Assembly (NCBI GenBank): GCA_032117435.1
Contig: JAULZJ010000092.1
Coordinates: 1 to 45,184 of the forward strand
DNA from: Candidatus Nanopelagicales bacterium
GTDB lineage: Bacteria > Actinomycetota > Actinomycetes > S36-B12
Direction: 5' to 3'
Length of the DNA: 45,184 nt
Made by a program: the position numbers and the translations under genes
Part shown: piece by piece, positions 8,820 through 16,355 of the stretch
How the letters are laid out: each line of letters opens with the position of its first letter
How positions within the stretch are numbered: position 1 is the first letter of the stretch
The notes under the pieces: generated by a model
Seen by the model: only the letters and a program-made list of their open reading frames with translations
Told to the model about the DNA's origin: nothing
Database searches by the model: none

Positions 8820-9895
8820 GTGGTTACACGATGTGGTTCGAGGGCTACTGGCCAGGACTCAAGGGCGAGGTCGGCGGCAAGGCAGCGAGTCTCGGCGAGA
8901 TGACCGGCGCCGGCCTGCCCGTGCCCCCCGGGTTCGCCGTCACGACCGCGGGCTACCGAGCCGCACACGATGCCGCAGACCTCGACGCCACCCTCGCGCG
9001 CCTACTCCACGGGCTGGATGTCTCCGACACCGCCCAGGTGAGCGCGGTTTGCGGTGAGATCCGCGATGCCATCCGCCAGATGCCGCTCCCGACAGAAGTC
9101 GAGCAGCAGATCAGGCACGACTACGACGAGTTGTCTCGGCGGTGCGATGTGGGAGATATCCCCGTTGCCGTGCGATCGTCGGCAACGTCGGAGGATTCGC
9201 CTGATGCGTCATTCGCCGGTGAGCATGACACGTACCTGTGGATCCGCGGGGGCGACGCCGTCGTCGACGCGGTAAGGCGTTGCTGGGCCAGCCTCTTCAC
9301 CGATCGCGCGACCTGCTATCGGGTGGAGATGGGCTACGAGCACCGCTCGGTCGAAATGGCCGTGGTGATCCAGAAGATGGTTCGTCCGATCGCCGCGGGC
9401 GTGGCGTTCACACTGAATCCATCCAACGGTGATCGTTCGCAGGTAGCGGTCGACGCCGCCTGGGGCTTCGGGGAGGGAGTGGTCTCGGGTGAGATCACAC
9501 CGGACAACTTCCTCGTGGACAAGGTGATGCTCGAGGTGAGCAAGCGCGAGATCAGCCATAAGGCACATGAGTACTGCCTCTCCGACCACGACACGGTGGA
9601 GAAGGTGGAGACGGATCCGGAACGGGCCGATAGCCCGTGCCTCACCGATCCCCAGCTCAAGGCAATCGCCACGCTCGCGAAGACCGCGGAGAGACACTAC
9701 GGCTGCCCCCAGGACATCGAGTGGGCGGTGGATGCCGATCTCGCTGATGGAGACAACGTCATCCTCCTTCAGGCGCGGCCCGAGACGGTGTGGAGCAAGA
9801 AGCAGCGGAAGTCCGTCGCGGGTTCCGCGGACAAGAACCCCATGGCAAGCATCGTCTCGACATTGATGAATCCGCTGTACGCGCGCAAGGACTAG
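8816..9895 (+). CDS. PEP-synthase/PPDK N-terminal ATP-grasp domain protein (phenylphosphate synthase beta-subunit-like)
   Basis: 359 aa carrying the PPDK_N signatures GGKAASLGEM, VAVRSSATSEDSPDASFAGEHDTYL, CWASLFTDRA, MAVVIQKMV, WGFGEGVVSGEITPDNF and QDIEWAV. It has no swivel-His domain and no PEP/pyruvate domain. Confidence 0.85.
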   Translation: MSGYTMWFEGYWPGLKGEVGGKAASLGEMTGAGLPVPPGFAVTTAGYRAAHDAADLDATLARLLHGLDVSDTAQVSAVCGEIRDAIRQMPLPTEVEQQIRHDYDELSRRCDVGDIPVAVRSSATSEDSPDASFAGEHDTYLWIRGGDAVVDAVRRCWASLFTDRATCYRVEMGYEHRSVEMAVVIQKMVRPIAAGVAFTLNPSNGDRSQVAVDAAWGFGEGVVSGEITPDNFLVDKVMLEVSKREISHKAHEYCLSDHDTVEKVETDPERADSPCLTDPQLKAIATLAKTAERHYGCPQDIEWAVDADLADGDNVILLQARPETVWSKKQRKSVAGSADKNPMASIVSTLMNPLYARKD

Positions 9896-9970
9896 TGAAG
9901 GATCGCACCACTAAGAGCAAGGTCACACGCTTCGTGCCCCCCGGACACGAACCCACGAGAGGAAATGCAG

Positions 9971-11782
9971 ATGGCCGATCGGTTCCCCAGCCCGTTCGAC
10001 ATCGAGACGCCTGCGGGCGCCGAGGGTTGGCAAGACATGTACGTCTACTCCTCGCTCTTCAGCGAGTCTCGCAAGGAGTTCGAGGATTCGATCTTCTGGT
10101 TCCAGGACGGAGTTCACTGGCCCAAGGTCCTCACGCCCTGGGATGCGACCTTCTACGAATTCGCGATCGCCTCGCTGTCGCAGTACAACACCCGACATCT
10201 CCAGGTGCCCCCGGCCAACGGCATCGCCTTCCGCATCCTCAACGGCTACGGCTACCTCACCCCCGTGCCCGCGGATCCCGCGACTATCGAGACCCGCGTC
10301 GAGAACTTCATGGATCGCGCCGGCTTCTACTTCATGAACTGGAACGATCTCTACGACAAGTGGATGATCAAGATCCGCGACCTGGTGAAGGAACTCGAGA
10401 GTGTGAACTTCGAGCCTCTGCCGGAGATCGAGGATGCGGACGACATCGTCAAGTCCGGCGCGGGCCTCGGATCCGGCTACCACATCCAGGAGAACTACCG
10501 CACCCTCCTCGACCTCGCACTGAAGCTGTGGAACTACCACTTCGAGTTCCTCAATCTTGGGTACGCCGCCTACCTCGACTTCTTCGGCTTCTGCAAGCAG
10601 GCCTTCCCGGGCATCCCGGACCTGGCCATCGCGAAGATGGTCGCTGGCGTCGAGGTCGACCTCTTCCGTCCCGATGAGGAGCTCAAGCGCCTTGCCCGGG
10701 TCGCGCTCGAGAGCGGTGTCGCGGAAGCGTTCGCCGTGGGCGATGTGGAGCAGACCTGCGAGATCCTCAAGGGCTCGGATGCCGGGCGTGCCTGGATCGC
10801 GTCGTTCCAGGAGTCCGCAGAGCCGTGGTTCAACTTCTCGACCGGCTCGGGCTTCTACCACTCCGACAAGATCTGGATCGAGAACGTCGAGATCCCCTTC
10901 GAGTTCATCAACGACTACATCGTCAAGCTGCAGTCCGGCGAGGATCTGGCCCGCCCGATGGCGGCGATCCACGCCGAGCGAGATCGCGTCGTGGGCGAGT
11001 ACACCGAGCTGCTGGCGACCGATGAGGATCGCGAGGCCTTCCAGGCAAAGCTGGGGCTTGCGCGCGTGGTCTTCCCCTACGTGGAGAACCACAACTTCTA
11101 TGTCGAGCACTGGAGTCACTCGGTGATCTGGCGCAAGATGCGCCAGCTGGGCGAGGTCTTCGTCAAGGAGGGCTTCTGGAGCGAGCCCAATGACATCTTC
11201 TATCTCAAGCGCACCGAGGTTGAGGATGCTCTCTGGGACTACTACGTCTCCTGGGCGACGCCGGAGCCGGCAGCTGGCCCGGGCCGCTGGCCGGCGATCA
11301 TCGACAAGCGCAAGGGCATCGTCAAGGCCCTGAGCGCCTGGAAGCCGGTGCCGGCGCTCGGAGCGCCGCCCGAGGTGATCACCGAGCCCTTCACCGTCAT
11401 GCTCTGGGGCATCACCTCGGACAGCGTCGGTGCCTGGCTCGGTGGTGGCGACGCCAAGGAGGGGGAGCTGCGCGGCATGGCGGCCTCGCCCGGCCTGGTC
11501 GAGGGGCCAGCCCGCGTGATCTTCTCCCCGGAGCAGATCGGCGAGATCCAGCAGGGCGAGATCCTCGTGGCCCCGCTGACGGCACCCTCGTGGGCGCCGA
11601 TCTTCGGCAAGATCCTGGCGACGGTCACGGACACCGGCGGCATGATGAGCCACGCCGCCATCGTCTGCCGCGAGTACGGCCTGCCGGCCGTCACCGGCAC
11701 GGGCTTCGCCACCACCAACATCCAGACGGGCCAGCGCATCCGCGTCGACGGCAACAATGGAGTCGTCACCGTCATCGAGTAG
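9971..11782 (+). CDS. PEP-utilising-enzyme mobile (phospho-His) domain protein with large N-terminal domain (phenylphosphate synthase alpha-subunit-like)
   Basis: The last ~105 aa (GMAASPGLVEGPARVI...TDTGGMMSHAAIVCREYGLPAVTG) are a swivel domain with its catalytic His codon at 11651-11653. The ~500-aa N-terminal region is not recognisable as a PEP/pyruvate TIM barrel. ATG 9971 has better AGAGGA spacing than ATG 9965. Confidence 0.8.
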   Translation: MADRFPSPFDIETPAGAEGWQDMYVYSSLFSESRKEFEDSIFWFQDGVHWPKVLTPWDATFYEFAIASLSQYNTRHLQVPPANGIAFRILNGYGYLTPVPADPATIETRVENFMDRAGFYFMNWNDLYDKWMIKIRDLVKELESVNFEPLPEIEDADDIVKSGAGLGSGYHIQENYRTLLDLALKLWNYHFEFLNLGYAAYLDFFGFCKQAFPGIPDLAIAKMVAGVEVDLFRPDEELKRLARVALESGVAEAFAVGDVEQTCEILKGSDAGRAWIASFQESAEPWFNFSTGSGFYHSDKIWIENVEIPFEFINDYIVKLQSGEDLARPMAAIHAERDRVVGEYTELLATDEDREAFQAKLGLARVVFPYVENHNFYVEHWSHSVIWRKMRQLGEVFVKEGFWSEPNDIFYLKRTEVEDALWDYYVSWATPEPAAGPGRWPAIIDKRKGIVKALSAWKPVPALGAPPEVITEPFTVMLWGITSDSVGAWLGGGDAKEGELRGMAASPGLVEGPARVIFSPEQIGEIQQGEILVAPLTAPSWAPIFGKILATVTDTGGMMSHAAIVCREYGLPAVTGTGFATTNIQTGQRIRVDGNNGVVTVIE

Positions 11783-11801
11783 GACCATCGCTTCACCTCT
11801 C

Positions 11802-11835
11802 GGGTGAGGAGGGGACCAAAGCCCCCTCCTCACCC
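11802..11835 (+). terminator. perfect 13-bp GC-rich hairpin after the PpsA-like gene (possible intrinsic terminator or attenuator, no U-tract)
   Basis: GGGTGAGGAGGGG (11802-11814), loop ACCAAAGC, CCCCTCCTCACCC (11823-11835). Confidence 0.4.
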
Positions 11836-11836
11836 T

Positions 11837-11876
11837 GGGTCCCGCGAGGAGGAACGACCACCTCCCCGAGGGACCC
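11837..11876 (+). other. second imperfect hairpin in the same spacer
   Basis: GGGTCCCGCGAGGAGG (11837-11852), loop AACGACCA, CCTCCCCGAGGGACCC (11861-11876). 14 of 16 positions pair. Confidence 0.3.
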
Positions 11877-11943
11877 GGCAATCCCTCATGTGAGCCGCAC
11901 TACCCGGTAGCGTCGAGTCACCGGAGACCTGGAAGGACCGCCC

Positions 11944-13203
11944 ATGCTGACCGTGGAGCAGAACGAAGAACTCACTCGTGTTGGCCCCGGCACCCCGATG
12001 GGGGAGTTGCTGCGCCGCTACTGGTACCCCATTGCCTTCGAGCAGGATTTCGACACGGTTCCGACGAAGACCGTGCGCCTGCTCAGCGAGAACTGGACGC
12101 TCTACAAGACGCCCAAGGGCGGCAAGTACGGGATCGTCGCCGAGGCGTGCCCCCATCGCAGTGCTTCCCTGACCTACGGCGTCGTGCACGAGGACGGGAT
12201 TCGCTGCGGCTACCACGGTTGGAAGTGGGACTTCGAGGGCAATTGCGTCGAGCAGCCGGCGGAGGCGGACAACCAGAACTTCCGTGATCGTGTCAAGCAG
12301 AAGGCGGGCAAGGCCGAGGTCATGGGCGGCATGATCTGGGTCTACGTCGGGCCCGACCCAGCGCCGGAGCTCCCGCGATTCGATGTCTTCGTCATGGACG
12401 GGGTCAAGGACTGCGGCTACGCCACCCTTCCGTGCAACTGGCTTCAGATCATGGAGAACTCCGTCGATCCCCACCACGTGGAGTGGTTGCACGGCTACTA
12501 CTTCAACTTCATGGGGGAGACTCAGGGCTTCGATGCCCCGAAGGCCTTCCAGAAGAAGCACCTCAAGACCGGCTTCGAGGAGATGGAATGGGGCATTCTC
12601 AAGCGGCGTGTGCTCGAGGGTGGTTCGGAGGAGAATGACGACTGGAAGGTCGGCCATCCACTGGTCTTCCCCTACTTCATGCGCGTGGGTGGCGCGGGTA
12701 TCGACCAGATGCAGATCCGCGTGCCCGTCGACGACCGCACGACGTGGAAGCTCTTCTACTCCAATCACGCTCCCGACGCTGGCGCGTGGGAGGCGCAGGA
12801 CCGGCCCGTCGTCTACGAGTACTTCTGGCGTGACGACGAGGGTCGCTTCATCACCGACTACATCGAGGGTCAGGACATCATGGCCTGGGTGAGCCAGGGG
12901 CCGGTCACCGACCGCACGCAGGAGCATCTCGGCCGCTCGGATGCCGGTGTGGCAATGCTGCGCAAGATGTTCAAGGAGAACATGAAGCGGGTCGCCAACG
13001 GCGAGGATCCACTCGGCACCATCCGTGAGAAGCACGACATGATCCCGCTGCCCTGTGAGCGCGACAAGTTCGGCGCCGAGCGCGAGTTCGCCGAAGCCTT
13101 CATCACGATGGGCTCCATGCGCTATAGCCCGCAGAGGCAGCAGCTACTCGACCTGCATGCTGATGCCTGGGCTCGACGCGAGAAGGCCGCCGCGGGTGCG
13201 TGA
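11944..13203 (+). CDS. Rieske non-heme-iron oxygenase, alpha-subunit-only type (phthalate/PaO-like family)
   Basis: 419 aa. The Rieske motif is CPHRSASL...CGYHGWKW (Cys codon 12148-12150). The mononuclear iron motif is NWLQIMENSVDPHHVEWLHG. GGAAGGA precedes the ATG. No beta-subunit gene follows. Confidence 0.9.
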   Translation: MLTVEQNEELTRVGPGTPMGELLRRYWYPIAFEQDFDTVPTKTVRLLSENWTLYKTPKGGKYGIVAEACPHRSASLTYGVVHEDGIRCGYHGWKWDFEGNCVEQPAEADNQNFRDRVKQKAGKAEVMGGMIWVYVGPDPAPELPRFDVFVMDGVKDCGYATLPCNWLQIMENSVDPHHVEWLHGYYFNFMGETQGFDAPKAFQKKHLKTGFEEMEWGILKRRVLEGGSEENDDWKVGHPLVFPYFMRVGGAGIDQMQIRVPVDDRTTWKLFYSNHAPDAGAWEAQDRPVVYEYFWRDDEGRFITDYIEGQDIMAWVSQGPVTDRTQEHLGRSDAGVAMLRKMFKENMKRVANGEDPLGTIREKHDMIPLPCERDKFGAEREFAEAFITMGSMRYSPQRQQLLDLHADAWARREKAAAGA

Positions 13204-13276
13204 TGACATCGATGGGAATCGCAGTCGGGCCGGCGGAGCCGCCCCGCTTGGCGATCCGAGTCCGGCGAGGATCCCC

Positions 13277-13531
13277 TTGAGCGACCTCCCGCCTGACCCC
13301 CACCGGCTCCCGCCTCCGGGGGCGTGGTTCGCCGGTGATGCAGAGCGGCACCTGCTCGACAAGCCGAAGTTCTGCCCCATGTGCGCTGCCAGCATCGAGG
13401 TGCACGGTGGCATCTCCACGGAGTACTGGGTGTCTGACCAGCGGGTCTTCATGACCTGGTGTGGTGAGTGCGGGTGGTTCGGCGATGTCGTGCGCTACGA
13501 CATGGTGACTATCACCGAGGAGGAGCACTGA
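13277..13531 (+). CDS. small 4-Cys zinc-ribbon/rubredoxin-like protein (start uncertain: TTG 13277 or GTG 13196)
   Basis: This is the C-terminal part of ORF 13055..13531: LSDLPPDPHRL...KFCPMCAASIEVHGG...MTWCGECGWFGDVV...EEEH. GC3 is high from about 13277 onward and lower upstream. GAGGA lies 5 nt before the TTG. Confidence 0.5.
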   Translation: MSDLPPDPHRLPPPGAWFAGDAERHLLDKPKFCPMCAASIEVHGGISTEYWVSDQRVFMTWCGECGWFGDVVRYDMVTITEEEH

Positions 13532-14169
13532 CCGCTCTCGTCTTCGACTTCGGCGGTCCTGTCCTGCTCACCCCCTTCGAGTTGCGCTCCGTGGGCGAGA
13601 GGTCGCTGGGCCTGGAGCCGGGCACCTTCGCGTGGACCGGGCCCTTCGGCCCTGACTCCGATCGCGACTGGGTCGACTTCCAAGCCGGCGCCATGAACGA
13701 GCGAGATTACTGGGCTCGTCGGTGCCAGGAGTTCCACGCTCTCAGTGGCGAGCCCGCGCAGATGCCCGCCTTCATGGCGCACCTGTACTCGGGCACCGAG
13801 GAGGAGTTGGTACGTCCTGCCGCACGTGAGCTCATTGCGGATGCCAAGGCCGCGGGCATCCCAGTCGGGATGCTCACCAATGACCTCACGGCGTTCCATG
13901 ATCAGTCATGGCTCGACCGGATGACGATCCTGCGCGAGTTCGACCAGATGGTGGACGGGCGCACGGACGGTGTACTCAAGCCCGACCCCCGCGCGTACCT
14001 GCTGATGGCTGAGCGGCTGGGTGTCGACGCCACCGAGTGCGTCTTCATCGATGACCAGCCGGGCAATATCGCGGGTGCGCAGGCGGTCGGTATGCGTACC
14101 GTGCACCTGGACCCGGTGGATCCCGAGCCGGGCTTCGTGCAGGCCCGGCACATGCTCGGTCTCACCTGA
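13468..14169 (+). CDS. HAD-superfamily phosphatase/hydrolase (subfamily IA-like)
   Basis: Motif I is VFDFGGPVL, followed by MLTNDL and then KPDPRAYLLMAERLGVDATECVFIDDQPGNI. The ORF-track start is GTG 13468. A CTG at 13528 preceded by GAGGAGGAG would give a typical short N-terminus. Confidence 0.8.
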   Translation: MRVVRRCRALRHGDYHRGGALTALVFDFGGPVLLTPFELRSVGERSLGLEPGTFAWTGPFGPDSDRDWVDFQAGAMNERDYWARRCQEFHALSGEPAQMPAFMAHLYSGTEEELVRPAARELIADAKAAGIPVGMLTNDLTAFHDQSWLDRMTILREFDQMVDGRTDGVLKPDPRAYLLMAERLGVDATECVFIDDQPGNIAGAQAVGMRTVHLDPVDPEPGFVQARHMLGLT

Positions 14170-14178
14170 GGAGGAGAG

Positions 14179-15534
14179 ATGACCCGTCCCTTGCGCGTGG
14201 CCGTCATCGGGTCAGGCCCGTCCGGGATGTACGCCGCCGACGCGTTGCTCGCCCAGGAAGACATCCCGGTGTCCGTGGACATCATCGACAAGCTGCCGAC
14301 CCCCTTCGGCCTGGTGCGCTACGGCGTGGCCCCGGACCACCTGAGCATCCGCTCGGTGCGGGACACGCTCGACAAGGTGCTCGACCAACCCGGCGTGAGG
14401 TTCCTGGGGAATGTCGAGGTGGGCGTCGACATCAGCCTGCCTCAGCTTCGCCAGTTCTACGATGCGATCGTCCTGACGTACGGCGCCTCGCGTGATCGAC
14501 TGCTCGGGATCCCTGGAGAGCAGCTGGCCGGCAGTATCGCCGCGACGGACTTCGTCAATTGGTACACGGGACATCCCGACATGGACCCCGAGGCGTTCGT
14601 CGACTTCCTGACATCATCATCGCGCGTGGCCGTGATCGGCGTGGGGAATGTCGCGGTCGACGTCACGCGTGTGCTGTCCAAATCCCCGTCGGAGATCGAG
14701 CACACGGACATGCCGGACCACGTATTCACTGCCCTGCGGGCTTCAGGCGTGCGTGATGTGCATCTCATCGGTCGGCGTGGGCCTGCTCAGGCCACGTGGA
14801 CGACGAAGGAGTTGCGCGAGTTGGGTGATCTCGAGGCCACGCAGGTGCTGATCGCCGAGGGCGCCTCGGTCGACGACCCGGCCAGTCAGCGAGCGATCGC
14901 GGGAGACAAAGCGGTGGCGCGCAATGTCACCGTGGTCGAGGGTTGGAGTGAGCGCATCGAGGATGGTCGTGAGCGACGTATCCACCTGCATTTCCGCTGC
15001 CGTCCAGTCGAGATCCTGGGTGCCGAGCGCGTCGAGGGGCTCGTCGTCGAGGTCACCGAGGTCGACGAGGCCGGACAGGCGACCGGGACGGGAGATACCC
15101 ACGTCATCCCCGTCGATGCCGTGATCCGCAGCGTGGGCTATCGCGGCACCTCAATAGCGGGCGTGCCCTTCGACGACCGTCGCAATGTCATCCCCAACGA
15201 CCAGGGTCGTGTGATGGACGGCGAGGAGCGCGTGCCCGGCTTGTACGTCGCCGGTTGGATCAAGCGCGGCCCCACGGGGATCATCGGCACCAACAAGAAG
15301 GACGCGGTGCAGACCGTCGCCTGCCTGATCGAGGATCTCGCAGACCCTGCGACATGGACAGCGACGCGTCCGGATCCCGCGGATGTGGACGCTGCCCTGA
15401 GCGGCCAGCGTGTGGTGGACATCGAGGGGTGGCGACGCATCGATGCCGCGGAGCGTGCCCTGGGCGCCTCATGCGGCCGAGAGCGCACAACCCTGCATGA
15501 ACGTCCGGCCATGCTGGCGGCTGCCGCCGACTAG
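14179..15534 (+). CDS. NADPH-ferredoxin reductase, FprA/adrenodoxin-reductase type
   Basis: 451 aa. It has VAVIGSGPSGMYAA (FAD GxGxxG), VAVIGVGNVAVDVTR (NADP) and GWIKRGPTGIIGTNKKDA. GAGGAGGAGAG precedes the ATG. Confidence 0.9.
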   Translation: MTRPLRVAVIGSGPSGMYAADALLAQEDIPVSVDIIDKLPTPFGLVRYGVAPDHLSIRSVRDTLDKVLDQPGVRFLGNVEVGVDISLPQLRQFYDAIVLTYGASRDRLLGIPGEQLAGSIAATDFVNWYTGHPDMDPEAFVDFLTSSSRVAVIGVGNVAVDVTRVLSKSPSEIEHTDMPDHVFTALRASGVRDVHLIGRRGPAQATWTTKELRELGDLEATQVLIAEGASVDDPASQRAIAGDKAVARNVTVVEGWSERIEDGRERRIHLHFRCRPVEILGAERVEGLVVEVTEVDEAGQATGTGDTHVIPVDAVIRSVGYRGTSIAGVPFDDRRNVIPNDQGRVMDGEERVPGLYVAGWIKRGPTGIIGTNKKDAVQTVACLIEDLADPATWTATRPDPADVDAALSGQRVVDIEGWRRIDAAERALGASCGRERTTLHERPAMLAAAAD

Positions 15535-16355
15535 GCGCCCGGCTTCACCTGCCAGGAGGCGCACGGCTCGTCGTCGCCGCCGCAGGACACGGGCCGTGCA
15601 GGACCCGCTGTCCGCGCAAGACGCACAGGGGGCAGGTCGCCCATACGCACGATGGCCTCGGTGTCGCTCTCGGTCTTGGTGACGCGTGTGGGGTCAGGTG
15701 CGGCTCCGCGAGCGAGCAGGGCGGCCTCGGCCGCCTGAACGGTCGGGCTGAGTGCGCTCCTGCCGCGAAGCCACGGTGCCGAGTCGGCGGATGGGCCGCG
15801 CATGATCAGATCACGGGCCACCTGGGGCGTGAGCCTCCCGTAGACCAGACCGTGTGGGACGAGCAGTGCCGTGGGCGCGAAGCGATGCCCACCGAGGTGG
15901 GAGGACTCCCACACCCCGGGAACATCGCCGAGTGCTTCCACCAGAGCCCGCCCGTCGAGCCCGCAGCACAGGTCACGCGAGGCGTTGGTGCAGACGGCGA
16001 GGACCGGTGCCTGCGGGTCCGTCGAGGCCCATGCCGGGCCCTCGATCGGCCAGGTGAGGAGGTCCTCGGGATCGTCGGCGACGGCGAGTCGAGTGGGAGG
16101 GTCGTCAGGCAGGGCACCGGCGATCCACACCCGCAGCGGGACTCGGGTGTCGACGGCAGGGTGGCGACCGGGTCTGCGCACCAGGAGGACACGGCGTGCG
16201 TCATCGGAGGCCAGCTTGCGCACGGCGGCGATCCGGCATTCGGCCACGGCGTTGCGGCCCCATGACCCGGGCACCTCGATGAGCCACCACCAGCGGGCGC
16301 GCGGAGCGGTGCCCGCGAGGACCTCATCGGCGGCGGTCTCCCGGCATCGCATCAA
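15531..16355 (-). CDS. sucrase/ferredoxin-like (thioredoxin-like [2Fe-2S]) family protein
   Basis: 274 aa with [12 protein letters not shown]...[11 protein letters not shown], characteristic of the Suc_Fer-like family. Its start overlaps the parC stop by 4 nt. Confidence 0.75.
   Translation of the reverse strand: MMRCRETAADEVLAGTAPRARWWWLIEVPGSWGRNAVAECRIAAVRKLASDDARRVLLVRRPGRHPAVDTRVPLRVWIAGALPDDPPTRLAVADDPEDLLTWPIEGPAWASTDPQAPVLAVCTNASRDLCCGLDGRALVEALGDVPGVWESSHLGGHRFAPTALLVPHGLVYGRLTPQVARDLIMRGPSADSAPWLRGRSALSPTVQAAEAALLARGAAPDPTRVTKTESDTEAIVRMGDLPPVRLARTAGPARPVSCGGDDEPCASWQVKPGA

Noticed and set aside
8816-11782. Bona fide PEP synthase or pyruvate phosphate dikinase.
   Set aside because: The ATP-grasp and swivel domains are on separate proteins, and I could recognise no PEP/pyruvate-binding TIM-barrel motif. 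The context is catabolic rather than gluconeogenic.
9923-11881. 652-aa minus-strand ORF antisense to the PpsA-like gene. The same applies to 11830..13035 (-), 16416..17816 (+), 17879..18919 (+), 35010..36215 (+) and 40047..41174 (-).
   Set aside because: These are long antisense or shadow ORFs of the kind typical in high-GC DNA. Their products are Arg/Gly/Pro/Asp-rich with no motifs, while the opposite or alternative frame carries clear family signatures.
13203-13280. 25-codon ATG ORF (MTSMGIAVGPAEPPRLAIRVRRGSP) directly after the Rieske oxygenase stop.
   Set aside because: It is very short with no SD, has poor GC3, and ends where the better-supported zinc-ribbon frame begins.
1-15534. Mobile genomic island, integrative element or transposon carrying the catabolic genes.
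   Set aside because: The window has no integrase, transposase, recombinase, tRNA attachment site or flanking direct or inverted repeats. Base composition looks uniform with the core region. Horizontal origin cannot be excluded but is unsupported here.
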